Assembly: GCF_000039765.1 (NCBI RefSeq)
Contig: NC_004460.2
Location: 1,050,001 to 1,082,000 of the forward strand
DNA: 32,000 nt
DNA from: Vibrio vulnificus CMCP6
GTDB taxonomy: Bacteria > Pseudomonadota > Gammaproteobacteria > Enterobacterales > Vibrionaceae
Direction: 5' to 3'
Position 1 is the stretch's first letter, and every line of letters begins with the position of its first letter. Below, piece by piece: positions 9,516-18,376 of this stretch. A program made the position numbers and the translations under genes. The notes beneath the pieces are model-generated. The model saw only the letters and a program-made list of their open reading frames with translations. It ran no database searches and was not told the origin of the DNA.

Positions 9516-9676
9516 GTTCTAGGTTCTAGGTTCTAGGTTCTAGGTTCTAGGTTCTAGGTTCTAGGTTCTAGGTTCTAGGTTCTAGGTTCTAGGTTCTAGG
9601 TTCTAGGTTCTAGGTTCTAGGTTCTAGGTTCTAGGTTCTAGGTTCTAGGTTCTAGGTTCTAGGTTCTAGGTTCTAG
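9513..9676. repeat. Perfect heptanucleotide tandem array (TAGGTTC)x23 plus partial TAG
   Basis: Counted from the sequence: 23 complete uninterrupted copies from 9513 to 9673, then TAG. The first TAG is the stop codon of the upstream gene. Confidence 0.97.
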
Positions 9677-9692
9677 CAGCTAGTCTCTACTT

Positions 9693-9782
9693 CCTAGTTG
9701 CTAATTTCTAGTCCCTCGTACCTAATTTCTAGTCCCTCGTACCTCGCTTCCTAGTTCCTAGTTCCTAGGTTCCTAATTCCAA
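9693..9782. repeat. Degenerate continuation of the heptamer array, including a 21-bp direct duplication
   Basis: AATTTCTAGTCCCTCGTACCT occurs twice in tandem, followed by TTCCTAGTTCCTAGTTCCTAGGTTCCTAATTCC. Confidence 0.8.
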
Positions 9783-9783
9783 C

Positions 9784-9816
9784 AAAGGGGCACTCATTTG
9801 AGTGCCCCTTTCTTTT
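9784..9816. terminator. Strong intrinsic terminator, probably bidirectional, between the DUF3316 gene and lhgO
   Basis: AAAGGGGCACTCATTTGAGTGCCCCTTTCTTTT: 12-13 bp perfect stem and T-rich 3' tail. Confidence 0.92.
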
Positions 9817-9839
9817 AAGCTTGATGTTGAATTTCCGCC

Positions 9840-11042
9840 TTAAAGCTTCGCTTCAACTTTATTGCAGATGTACTCTCCAATTGGCATCGCCGATGTCGCC
9901 GCAGGTGAAGGCGCATTGCACACATGTAAGCTGCGTGGACTTTCGGCAAAGAGAAAATCGTGCACCAATGAACCGTCTGAGAGCACTGCTTGGGCGCGAA
10001 TCCCAGCGGGATAAGGCTGCAAGTCTTCAACTTGGATCATCGGACAATACTTGTTCACCAATTTGAGATACCCCGCCTTCCACCAAGAGTTAATAAACTC
10101 TTTCACCCCAGTGGCAAAGTGCTGTTTGGTCACCTTCCAAAACCCAGCAAAGCGCATCATTTGCCAAGTGTCTTGAATGCTGAAATTGACTCGGCCATAG
10201 CCTTCGCGTTTCCAGCCTTGCACCGCATTCGGCCCCACCGTCACAGAGCCATCAATCATGCGCGTTAAATGCACGCCCAAAAATGGCAAATCCGGATCAG
10301 GGATCGGGTAAATCAGATGTTTCACCACTTGGTTGTGCTTGCTAGGTAACTGGTAGTATTCACCGCGATAGGGGATGATCTGAAAGTCCGTCTCAATACC
10401 CAGCATCTTGGTCAATCGGTCCGCCATCAGCCCGCCGCAGGAAATCAAAAAGCGCCCGTTAAGCTGCAACGTCTCTCCCGCGCACTCGCAGGTAACTTGC
10501 ACTTCATCCGCATGCTCTTCAAGCGCGATCACCTTAGCGTTGAGGCGCACCTCTCCTCCTAAATCCACCAGCTCCTGCGCCATTTTTTCCGTCACCAAAC
10601 GGTAGTCGACAATACTGGTGGACTTCACGTAAATGGCCCCTAAACCGACAATATTGGGCTCCGCCAGTTTCAATTGCGCAGCGTCGAGCAGCTCGACCTC
10701 GATGCCATTCACATGGCAGCGCTCATAAAGCGCATTCATTCTTTCCACTTCTGCGGCCGTCGTCGCCACCAGCAACTTGCCACAGTTTTCAACCGGAATC
10801 TGATGCTTGGCGCAAAATGCCTTGGTGGCTTCCACGCCGCGTTTACAGAAATCCGCTTTTAGACTGCCCGGCGCATAATAAACCCCGGCGTGAATCACGC
10901 CGCTGTTATGCCCCGTTTGGTGACGAGCAAAGCCCGATTCCTTTTCGACCAACAACACCGATTTTTCTGGATAACGCTGCTGCAATTGCCAAGCCGTTGA
11001 GACCCCAACAATCCCGCCACCCACAACAATAAAATCGTACAC
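9840..11042 (-). CDS. lhgO: L-2-hydroxyglutarate oxidase/dehydrogenase (LhgO), FAD-dependent
   Basis: MYDFIVVGGGIVGVSTAWQLQQRYPEKSVLLVEKESGFARHQTGHNSGVIHAGVYYAPGSLKADFCKRG...; FAD-binding GGGIVG plus the LhgO-typical 'HQTGHNSGVIHAGVYY'. Confidence 0.92.
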   Translation of the reverse strand: MYDFIVVGGGIVGVSTAWQLQQRYPEKSVLLVEKESGFARHQTGHNSGVIHAGVYYAPGSLKADFCKRGVEATKAFCAKHQIPVENCGKLLVATTAAEVERMNALYERCHVNGIEVELLDAAQLKLAEPNIVGLGAIYVKSTSIVDYRLVTEKMAQELVDLGGEVRLNAKVIALEEHADEVQVTCECAGETLQLNGRFLISCGGLMADRLTKMLGIETDFQIIPYRGEYYQLPSKHNQVVKHLIYPIPDPDLPFLGVHLTRMIDGSVTVGPNAVQGWKREGYGRVNFSIQDTWQMMRFAGFWKVTKQHFATGVKEFINSWWKAGYLKLVNKYCPMIQVEDLQPYPAGIRAQAVLSDGSLVHDFLFAESPRSLHVCNAPSPAATSAMPIGEYICNKVEAKL

Positions 11043-11107
11043 TTCACTACTCCCTTTTCATTCAGGATGCGTATTTGCACTGCGCTCAAACGATGAGCGC
11101 AGGAAAA

Positions 11108-13228
11108 TTAAGAAACCGCTGCCGCTTGTTGCGCCTGATATTGGCGACCACTGTACACGAAAATGACGGCGAATATGATGAGTGATGCCACACGTAACCA
11201 AAGTGGTACATCATGCCACACCATCAACGCGCCAGAAGCAGCAAGCGCGAGGCGCAGCAGCCAATTGATTTGACCTTCTAAATAGCCTTCCAGTGCGCCA
11301 ATCAAGGCATAGGTGCCAAAAATGGCGAAGAATCCCGTCATCAGCACCGTGGTCACGTCCCAACTTACCAAGCCGGTATAGGCGATGAGTAGCGGCACAA
11401 GATAGAGCCCTTTGGCGATTTTCCACGCGGTAAGCCCGGTGCGCATCGGCGGTGTTTTGGCGATGGTAGCAGCAGCAAACGCGGTTAAGCACACAGGTGG
11501 GGTAACGTTGCTGTCTTGTGAAAGCCAGAAAATAATCAAATGTGCGGCTAAAAGTGCCAAACCTACGGCTTCTATACCCAAACTTTGCTGAAGCAAGGTT
11601 TCTTTGAAATCGACGGGCACCAAAGCCAGCATCTCTTTCGCGGTCTCGATGGCCATAGGGGCATTGAGCAAATCGAGCTTATCGGGCGCAGCGAGCATGA
11701 AAATCGCTTTCGCTTGTTCCGGCAATTGCCCCGCAGACATCAAGCTCAACAGCTGGTTTTCCGCAATCAATTGATACAACGCAGGAGCAGAAAGGGTACC
11801 CAGCACAATGTAAGCCGCGGTAACCGGTAGGCCCATGCCCAACACCAGTGAAGCCAATGCAATCAGCACTAGCATGATCAACAAATCTCCCTGCGACCAA
11901 CCGTTGATCATCAATGAGAAGGTATTGCCAATCCCGGTGGTGCTGATCACGTTGATCACCAAGCCAATGCCCACCAGCAAGACCGCGGTGGTCGCCATGT
12001 TTTTTGCCCCTTGGGCAAGTGCTTCGATGATCTCTTTGGGGCCCATTTTGTGATCTTTTGAGAACCAAGACGCCACCACCACCGAAAGGATAGACAAACC
12101 CGCCGCGTAGGTCGGAGTAAAGCCCTGCACCAGGAGCGTAACCAGTACCACCAGTGGGATCAGATTATGCCAACCCGACAGCAGTACCTTGCCCAATGAC
12201 TCATCACTGGTGGTGATCTTCTGCACGCCGCTGCGTTTGGCTTCGATGCGCACGAAAAATGCCACCGACAAAAAGTAAATCAGTGCCGGAACAAACGACA
12301 CCGCGACAATATCGACATAAGGAATTTGTGTGTAAGAGGCCATAATGAATGCCCCCGCCCCCATCACCGGAGGCATCAACTGCCCACCCGTTGACGCCGC
12401 GGCTTCTACCCCTGCGGCAAAGCGCGATGGAAAGCCCGCTTTTTGCATCAGCGGAATGCTGATCACGCCTGTCGAAACGGTATTGGCGACACTAGATCCC
12501 GACACCGAGCCCATCAACCCAGAACCCAGAACCGCAATAAAACCGGGGCCACCGATGATTTTGCCCGCCGCCGCACGTGAAACGTTGATGATGTAATCCC
12601 CCACGCCTGATTTCACCAAAAACGCGCCAAAGAGGATGAACATGAATACGAAGGTCCAACTGATGCGTGAAATAGAACCAAACATCCCTTCTGAGGAGAA
12701 GAAACTACGGTAGAGCAGGGTTTCCATGCTCAAACCGGGGAAATGGAAAATGCCACCCGCCCATTTGCCCCACCACACCACGTAGCTCAAACAGATGACG
12801 ATCAAAACCGGGATAAACCAGCCCATGGTGCGACGAATGATCTCAATCGCAATCAAAATCGCGGTAATAGAAACCACCCAATCCGAGGCGACAAATTTCA
12901 CGCCACGCTGGTATAAGGCATCTTCCGCAAAGGGGATATAAATCAAACACGCCAGTGCGGCGATGCCAATCAGCACATCCACCGCTAACGCAATACGGCT
13001 GCGCTTCAAACTGGCGTGCGCTGGGTACCACAGCAAGCATATCAGCGCAAAGCCGGCGAAATGGGTCGCGGAGATCCACAGTTCCGGCAAGGTCGATAAA
13101 GTATTGAACCAAATATGCAGCAGAGAAAGCACCACACCAATGCCGGTGATGGCGGCGGTTACCCACGGAAAATCCGTTCGTGTCGGTAACTCAAACTGCT
13201 GCAACTGTTGTTGTAAAGAATCACTCAT
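11108..13228 (-). CDS. TRAP transporter permease, fused 4TM/12TM (DctQM-type)
   Basis: Highly hydrophobic; 'GSGLMGSVSGSSVANTVSTGVISIPLMQKAGF' and 'GLGMGLPVTAAYIVLGTL' are TRAP large-subunit signatures. Start placed at MSDSLQQQ. Confidence 0.92.
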   Translation of the reverse strand: MSDSLQQQLQQFELPTRTDFPWVTAAITGIGVVLSLLHIWFNTLSTLPELWISATHFAGFALICLLWYPAHASLKRSRIALAVDVLIGIAALACLIYIPFAEDALYQRGVKFVASDWVVSITAILIAIEIIRRTMGWFIPVLIVICLSYVVWWGKWAGGIFHFPGLSMETLLYRSFFSSEGMFGSISRISWTFVFMFILFGAFLVKSGVGDYIINVSRAAAGKIIGGPGFIAVLGSGLMGSVSGSSVANTVSTGVISIPLMQKAGFPSRFAAGVEAAASTGGQLMPPVMGAGAFIMASYTQIPYVDIVAVSFVPALIYFLSVAFFVRIEAKRSGVQKITTSDESLGKVLLSGWHNLIPLVVLVTLLVQGFTPTYAAGLSILSVVVASWFSKDHKMGPKEIIEALAQGAKNMATTAVLLVGIGLVINVISTTGIGNTFSLMINGWSQGDLLIMLVLIALASLVLGMGLPVTAAYIVLGTLSAPALYQLIAENQLLSLMSAGQLPEQAKAIFMLAAPDKLDLLNAPMAIETAKEMLALVPVDFKETLLQQSLGIEAVGLALLAAHLIIFWLSQDSNVTPPVCLTAFAAATIAKTPPMRTGLTAWKIAKGLYLVPLLIAYTGLVSWDVTTVLMTGFFAIFGTYALIGALEGYLEGQINWLLRLALAASGALMVWHDVPLWLRVASLIIFAVIFVYSGRQYQAQQAAAVS

Positions 13229-13269
13229 GGTCAGACTCCGAGGGAACAAGAAACAATAACAAGCCTTAC

Positions 13270-13293
13270 GCCCACCAATGTTCATTGGTGGGC
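13270..13293 (-). other. Intercistronic hairpin between the TAXI gene stop and the permease start
   Basis: GCCCACCAATG (13270-13280), TT, CATTGGTGGGC (13283-13293): perfect 11-bp arms, no U-tract. Confidence 0.85.
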
Positions 13294-13301
13294 AAAGTCG
13301 G

Positions 13302-14312
13302 TTACTTGCTCATCAGAGCATCAGGAATGGTGATGCCCACTTCTTTGTAGTAACGCGCCGCGCCTGGGTGCAGCGGCAGCGGAAGACCCGCAATCGCTTT
13401 TTCTATCGCCATCGCTTTGGTTGCTTTATGGATGCCTTGTAGGAAGGTCAGGTTTTCGTAGATCGCTTTGGTGAGCTGGTAAACGTCTTCATCGGAAATG
13501 TCATCGCGTACCGCAAGGAAGTTGGGCTGAGCGATGGTCGTCACTGGTTTATCCACACCTGGGTAAGTGTTGGCTGGGATGACGTACTTAGTCCAAAGCT
13601 GATATTTGCCATTGGCTTGTTTGATTTGCTCATCGGTAAACGAAAGGAGCTGGATATCGTTCCCCAATGCAGCAAATGCTTGTGTTACCGCGCCCACTGG
13701 CACGCCAGCCGGGGTATTCATACCATCGATGGTGCCATTTTGCATCGCACTCGCACTCGCGCCATAGCCCATGTATGCCAGATTGAACTCATCCGGGTTC
13801 ACACCTAAACCCGACATAATTTGGCGACCCGAGTTTTCTGTCCCGGAGTTTTTGGTACCAATAGAAAACTTCTTATCTTTCATATTGTTCAGATCGGCCA
13901 CTGTGCCAGAGCTGGTCAGGTCGCTGCGTACAATAAAGTGTTCGACGTTTTGCCACAGCATGGAGACTGAACGCAGTTTGGTTTGCGGGCCGCTTTGCGC
14001 GTATGGGCCATCACCTGTTGAAGCCCAAGCGCCATAAAGACCTTGTAGGATGGCAAACTGCGCTTCGTTGTCGTTCATTAGCTTGATGTTTTCGCCTGAT
14101 CCCGCCGAGCTGATCGCAGAGAGAGAAAACTTGTATTGTGGCTCAAGCTTCACTTTGCTTAGCGTTGCCAGTGCCACCCCTACCGGATAATACGTCCCGC
14201 CCGTCGAGGCTGTGGCCAAAATATAGCTGCGGTTATCTGCGGCAGCGACATTGCTGGCCGAGAAACAGACCATGGCGACAGCGAGAGATTTCATCAATAG
14301 GTTCTTTTTCAT
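13302..14312 (-). CDS. TRAP transporter solute receptor, TAXI family
   Basis: Start at MKKNLLMKSLAVAMVCFSASNVAAADNRSYILATASTGGTYYPVGVALATLSKV; signal peptide, then 'ATASTGGTYYPVG' typical of TAXI proteins. Confidence 0.93.
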   Translation of the reverse strand: MKKNLLMKSLAVAMVCFSASNVAAADNRSYILATASTGGTYYPVGVALATLSKVKLEPQYKFSLSAISSAGSGENIKLMNDNEAQFAILQGLYGAWASTGDGPYAQSGPQTKLRSVSMLWQNVEHFIVRSDLTSSGTVADLNNMKDKKFSIGTKNSGTENSGRQIMSGLGVNPDEFNLAYMGYGASASAMQNGTIDGMNTPAGVPVGAVTQAFAALGNDIQLLSFTDEQIKQANGKYQLWTKYVIPANTYPGVDKPVTTIAQPNFLAVRDDISDEDVYQLTKAIYENLTFLQGIHKATKAMAIEKAIAGLPLPLHPGAARYYKEVGITIPDALMSK

Positions 14313-14365
14313 GGTTACACTCCGTTGTAGGGTAGTTGTTATGGTTTTGTTACCTACAGCCTTAG

Positions 14366-14381
14366 AGCAAACAAGATGCCA
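14366..14381 (-). promoter_or_regulatory. sigma54 (-24/-12) promoter for the TAXI-TRAP-lhgO genes
   Basis: Reverse complement reads TGGCATCTTGTTTGCT versus consensus TGGCAC-N5-TTGCW, with correct GG to GC spacing and about 54 bp upstream of the ATG; a NtrC/DctD-class activator is encoded next door. Confidence 0.75.
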
Positions 14382-14430
14382 GTTTTTAAGTGATTGATAT
14401 ATAAACGACACATGATAATAAATCAGTAAA

Positions 14431-14450
14431 ATGAGCAACATTTGGCTGAT
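14431..14450. promoter_or_regulatory. Putative activator site A (degenerate), ATGAGCAACATTTGGCTGAT
   Basis: Left arm identical to site C, right arm 6/8; see the finding on three operators. Confidence 0.45.
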
Positions 14451-14464
14451 TTACTCTGCTGAAG

Positions 14465-14484
14465 ATGAGCAAGATCTTGCTTAT
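14465..14484. promoter_or_regulatory. Putative activator site B, ATGAGCAAGATCTTGCTTAT
   Basis: Contains the perfect palindrome AGCAAGATCTTGCT; 19/20 arm/centre agreement apart from one arm mismatch and centre variation relative to site C. Confidence 0.65.
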
Positions 14485-14605
14485 TGGTGATGAGAACCAG
14501 AAACCATAAAGTAACATTAAATCAAATGGTTAACCAAAATAGAGAGTAAGCCGTTCGCTTGTGAATTCGTACTTCGTGATCAAGGTTATAAAATTGTTAA
14601 CAATG

Positions 14606-14631
14606 GCAATGAGCAAAATCTTGCTCATTGC
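14606..14631. promoter_or_regulatory. Putative activator site C, GCAATGAGCAA-AATC-TTGCTCATTGC
   Basis: Perfect 11-bp arms with 4-bp spacer; same motif as sites A and B. Confidence 0.7.
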
Positions 14632-14682
14632 TTGCCTCTGATTATCTGCTCATTTGATCGTCAGCTTATCGATTGTCTACGC

Positions 14683-14714
14683 ATCTCTTTGTCTGATCAT
14701 CTCTTTGTTTGATC
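14683..14714. repeat. Tandem duplication of 16 bp (ATCTCTTTGTCTGATC / ATCTCTTTGTTTGATC)
   Basis: Read directly; 15/16 identity. Confidence 0.85.
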
Positions 14715-14747
14715 AAGAACAGACGCGATCGACTCGTTCGGCAGAAA

Positions 14748-16103
14748 TCAGCTGTCGGTGTAATCGGCGCGATTCAGACCGAGCTTCTGCATTTTTTGGT
14801 TGAGGGTGCGACGAGGAAGATCAAGCTCGTTCATCACCTCCAAAATGCTGCCTTGGTGGCGCACTAAAGCATCGTGAATCACCTTGCGCTCAAAATTGTG
14901 CAGTTGGATGGCCAGCGGCACACCGACGGGCAAGCTCTCTTGCACCATCGCCGCGCGGCTCGAAAGGATCTCCATCACCGACAAGCTCTCATCCAGCGCA
15001 AAACGCACCGCGACATTGCGCAGCTCACGCACATTGCCCGGCCACGCATAGCTTAACAACGCGCGCGAATCGGCAGCGCTGAGCCGACGCTTATTCGGGT
15101 TCGCTTGCGCAGCAAAATGCTCAAACAGCAGCAATGCGTCTTCCTCTCGCTCACGCAATGGCGGCAAGTGCAACTGCGCCACATTGAGACGATAAAACAG
15201 ATCCTGACGAAAAGCGGGATGGTTAAACAAGTTCTCCTTCGCTGCCGCCACCACGCGTAAATCCACATTTACTGGCCGGTTGGCACCCACACGCTCCACC
15301 TGATTTTCTTGCAAACTGCGCAGCACTTTGACTTGCATCGCCATCGGCATGCTTTCAATTTCGTCCATAAACAGGGTGCCTTTATCGGCATACTCAAGCT
15401 TGCCAATGCGGCGCTTACTGGCGCCCGTAAACGCGCCAGCCTCATGACCAAACAGCTCGCTTTCAAAGAGATTTTCCGGAATCGCGCCACAGTTGATGGC
15501 AACAAACGGATTGGCTCGTCGTGCGCTTTCAGTATGTAAGCTGCGCGCCACCAACTCCTTTCCGGTTCCCGTTTCGCCATAGATGATCACATTGGTGTCC
15601 ATGCTGGCTACGCGGGCGACTTGCTCACGTAACTGGCGCATGATCGCGCTTTGACCAATCAAGACCTGCTCAATGCCACTGAGCTGCTGCAGATAGTGGC
15701 TGCGGTTGCCATAGTCTGCTTGCTGCTGATATTCGCTCACCGCGCGCTGCAGTGTCGACGCGAGGCGATCAGGATTAAACGGTTTCTCAATGAAATCGTA
15801 CGCGCCATTTTGCAACGCCTTCACCGCCATATCGACATCGCCATGCCCAGTGACCAAGATGATTGGGCAGCCTACTTGTTCTCGCTGCAACTCGGCCAGC
15901 AGCGTGATGCCATCCAAATCCGGCAAACGCACATCGCTGACGATACCGTCAAAATCGCCGGTTTTGATCGCCGCAAGGGCTGGGAGGCCATGACTAAATG
16001 CCTCAACGTGGAAGCCGGCCAGTTGCAACCATTGGGCGGTTGCTTGGCGGACGATTTCATCGTCTTCAATCAGGGCGATATGGGGGAAAGAAACTGCATC
16101 CAT
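14748..16103 (-). CDS. sigma54-dependent response regulator (DctD/NtrC family)
   Basis: Start at MDAVSFPHIALIEDDEIVRQ; REC, AAA+ with 'GETGTGKELVARSLH', 'GHEAGAFTGASKR', and a Fis-type C-terminus 'GSILEVMNELDLPRRTLNQKMQKLGL'. Confidence 0.95.
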   Translation of the reverse strand: MDAVSFPHIALIEDDEIVRQATAQWLQLAGFHVEAFSHGLPALAAIKTGDFDGIVSDVRLPDLDGITLLAELQREQVGCPIILVTGHGDVDMAVKALQNGAYDFIEKPFNPDRLASTLQRAVSEYQQQADYGNRSHYLQQLSGIEQVLIGQSAIMRQLREQVARVASMDTNVIIYGETGTGKELVARSLHTESARRANPFVAINCGAIPENLFESELFGHEAGAFTGASKRRIGKLEYADKGTLFMDEIESMPMAMQVKVLRSLQENQVERVGANRPVNVDLRVVAAAKENLFNHPAFRQDLFYRLNVAQLHLPPLREREEDALLLFEHFAAQANPNKRRLSAADSRALLSYAWPGNVRELRNVAVRFALDESLSVMEILSSRAAMVQESLPVGVPLAIQLHNFERKVIHDALVRHQGSILEVMNELDLPRRTLNQKMQKLGLNRADYTDS

Positions 16104-16262
16104 CGAGAAATACCACTTGTCCATCGTGTCAAATTTTCCTGCTGCTACGTTAGCAAAAAGCGCCGAAGGGAAAAGGAGCTGGATCTCACTTCTCAACAAC
16201 AAAGCTTTAACAAACCCAACAAGCAGAGCAATCTTGGGCCAAACAAGCAAGGAGGCAACGCG

Positions 16263-18323
16263 ATGAAAAAACGAGTGGTAGTGCTCATCGCTATCGTCAT
16301 GTGGTTATTTGTCAGCCAATGGGCGGGGAAAGAGCTGGTGCGCCAGTGGCAAACCTCGCGCTCAGTGGTTGACGCGCAGCAACATTTTCTCGATTACATC
16401 GGCGATGTGCGTCGCGCCTTGCAGCGTTTTTATCACTTGCCCTATCTGCTCACCAGCAACAATCACAGCGAACGGTTTCTCAATGGTGAGCGCTCACTCT
16501 ATTCTGAACTCAGACGCGAGTTGACTCTGCTGGATAAAGCGGCCAATACCAAAGGCTGGTATCTGCTCTCTGCCAGTGGCGATGTGCTGGTGTCCAGCTT
16601 GGAAAACGAAGCATTGAGCGAGCAAGATCTCGATGCCATTGTGGAACAAATTCACGCACAAGGGGAAGGGGTCGCTCTGGTCAGCAAAGCCAAGGGGGCG
16701 TCACCATTTTTCTATCTGGCGGCGCCGGTGTACCTCGATTTTGGCATCGCAGGCATTGCCGTGGTGCAAATCAATTTGCGCCTACTCACCGAACAATGGC
16801 TGCTCAGTAGCGATGCCATTTTGTTTCAAAACCAACGTGGTCACTATTTTCTTTCCAGCCACCCGACGCTCACCGCCGATGAGCTGAATGACCGCCTCAG
16901 TGAGATCCAGCAAAGCGAGGCGACATTGCGCGATGGCACGCGTTTGCAATTCTGGCAACTGGAACAACGCCGCTTTCTTGCTCAAACCATTGTTTTGGAC
17001 GATCTCAAATGGCAACTCACCTACCTCACGGATTACCAGCCGATACAGCAAGCGAGCAGCCGCGCAGGTTGGGCGATCCTGTTGGCCAACTTTGTGCTGC
17101 TGTTGGTGGGCGTGATCGCCTATCAACGCCATCAAAAATCGCTCAGCAACCAACGCATCCAACGTTTATTGGATGAGTCGCGCCAGCGGATGAGTCAGAT
17201 GATCAACAAAACCCATGTCGGGCTGTTGCTGCTGAATGGTCATGGTGAGATTGAAGACCTCAACCCGATGGCCAAACGCTATTTCAGCCTCTCCGATTCG
17301 ATGAGTAAACGCGCCCCTGCATGGCAACTGTTTGATACCGGCAATGCCGCCTCCACCACCTTGCAACTGCTGAGAAACTTACCCAAGCATCGCGATCTTG
17401 CGGAGGTGAGTGCAGTGGAAACCATGGGCAGGCGCAGCGATGGCAGCCAATTTCCGTTGCTGTTTTCTCTCACCGCTTTTCCCTGGCATGGCGAGCTTTA
17501 CTATCTCGCCACAGTGCTCGACATCAGCAAACGCAAAAAAGCCGAACAAGCTCTGCAAAAGGCCAACCAAGAGCTGGCGGAACGGGTGGAAGAACGCACC
17601 GCGGCGCTGCGTTCAGCGCAACAAGAATTAATCGAAAGCAGCAAATTAGCGGCGCTGGGTAGGATGTCGAGCGCGATCACTCACGAGCTCAATCAACCGC
17701 TGACAGGGCTAAAAACCCTGCTCACCAGTAACGAGATACTGCTTGAGCGGGGTGAAATGGCGATGTTGCAAGCCAACAATCGACTTATCCATCGCCTGAT
17801 TGATCGCATGGGCAAAATGACCAGCCAGCTTAAATCCTTCGCCTATCAAAAGCCGGACCAGCTTTGCCCAGTCTCCCTGCCGGATGCGTTACAAGAAACC
17901 TTGCGCATTTACCAAGCCGAGCTCGCCCCCATTGATGTACGGGTGCGTTTACCGCATCCACTGGCCGATGTGTTGGGAGAAGAACAACGCTTACGACAAG
18001 TGCTGGGCAACCTGATCTCCAACGCTGTGGACGCAATGAAACACACCGTGCAGCCACAATTGATGATCTCAGCCACCACCTCAGCAACAGCGCTGACGCT
18101 CACCTTGAGTGACAACGGCTGCGGCGTCAGCGAGGAGCAACTGAGCCAGATGTTTGAACCCTTTGCGACAAGCAAAAAAATTGGCGAAGGGCTGGGCTTG
18201 GGCCTGTCGATTACCGCCAACAACATGCGCGATATGCAAGGGCGGATTGCGGTCAACAAAAACGCCAGTGCCGGACTCACCTTTACATTGACGTTTTTAC
18301 TCGCAGAGCCTTCCATATCCTAA
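16263..18323 (+). CDS. DctB-like sensor histidine kinase with periplasmic sensor and PAS domain
   Basis: MKKRVVVLIAIVMWLFVSQWAGKELVRQWQ..., second TM near VGWAILLANFVLLLVGVIAY, HisKA 'SSAITHELNQPLTGLKTLL', HATPase 'GEGLGLGLSITANNMRDMQGR'. Divergent from the DctD-like gene. Confidence 0.93.
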   Translation: MKKRVVVLIAIVMWLFVSQWAGKELVRQWQTSRSVVDAQQHFLDYIGDVRRALQRFYHLPYLLTSNNHSERFLNGERSLYSELRRELTLLDKAANTKGWYLLSASGDVLVSSLENEALSEQDLDAIVEQIHAQGEGVALVSKAKGASPFFYLAAPVYLDFGIAGIAVVQINLRLLTEQWLLSSDAILFQNQRGHYFLSSHPTLTADELNDRLSEIQQSEATLRDGTRLQFWQLEQRRFLAQTIVLDDLKWQLTYLTDYQPIQQASSRAGWAILLANFVLLLVGVIAYQRHQKSLSNQRIQRLLDESRQRMSQMINKTHVGLLLLNGHGEIEDLNPMAKRYFSLSDSMSKRAPAWQLFDTGNAASTTLQLLRNLPKHRDLAEVSAVETMGRRSDGSQFPLLFSLTAFPWHGELYYLATVLDISKRKKAEQALQKANQELAERVEERTAALRSAQQELIESSKLAALGRMSSAITHELNQPLTGLKTLLTSNEILLERGEMAMLQANNRLIHRLIDRMGKMTSQLKSFAYQKPDQLCPVSLPDALQETLRIYQAELAPIDVRVRLPHPLADVLGEEQRLRQVLGNLISNAVDAMKHTVQPQLMISATTSATALTLTLSDNGCGVSEEQLSQMFEPFATSKKIGEGLGLGLSITANNMRDMQGRIAVNKNASAGLTFTLTFLLAEPSIS

Positions 18324-18376
18324 ATAGACTTCTAGGCTGCATGGCCGTTAAGCGACTGCGCGAACGACTGTGCAAA

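Noticed and set aside
9513-9676. Heptamer array considered as CRISPR
   Set aside because: There are no spacers and the unit is only 7 bp; it is a pure microsatellite, and no cas genes are present.
9900-13260. Many opposite-strand ORFs inside lhgO and the TRAP genes (for example 11585..11830, 12345..12596, 12963..13259)
   Set aside because: They are shadow ORFs of strongly recognised genes, rich in Arg/His/Pro, without ribosome-binding sites or recognisable domains.
15651-16262. N-terminal extension of the DctB-like ORF (track starts at 15651)
   Set aside because: It runs antisense through the DctD-like gene, whose protein is convincingly conserved; the natural kinase start is MKKRVVVLIAIVMWLF at 16263.
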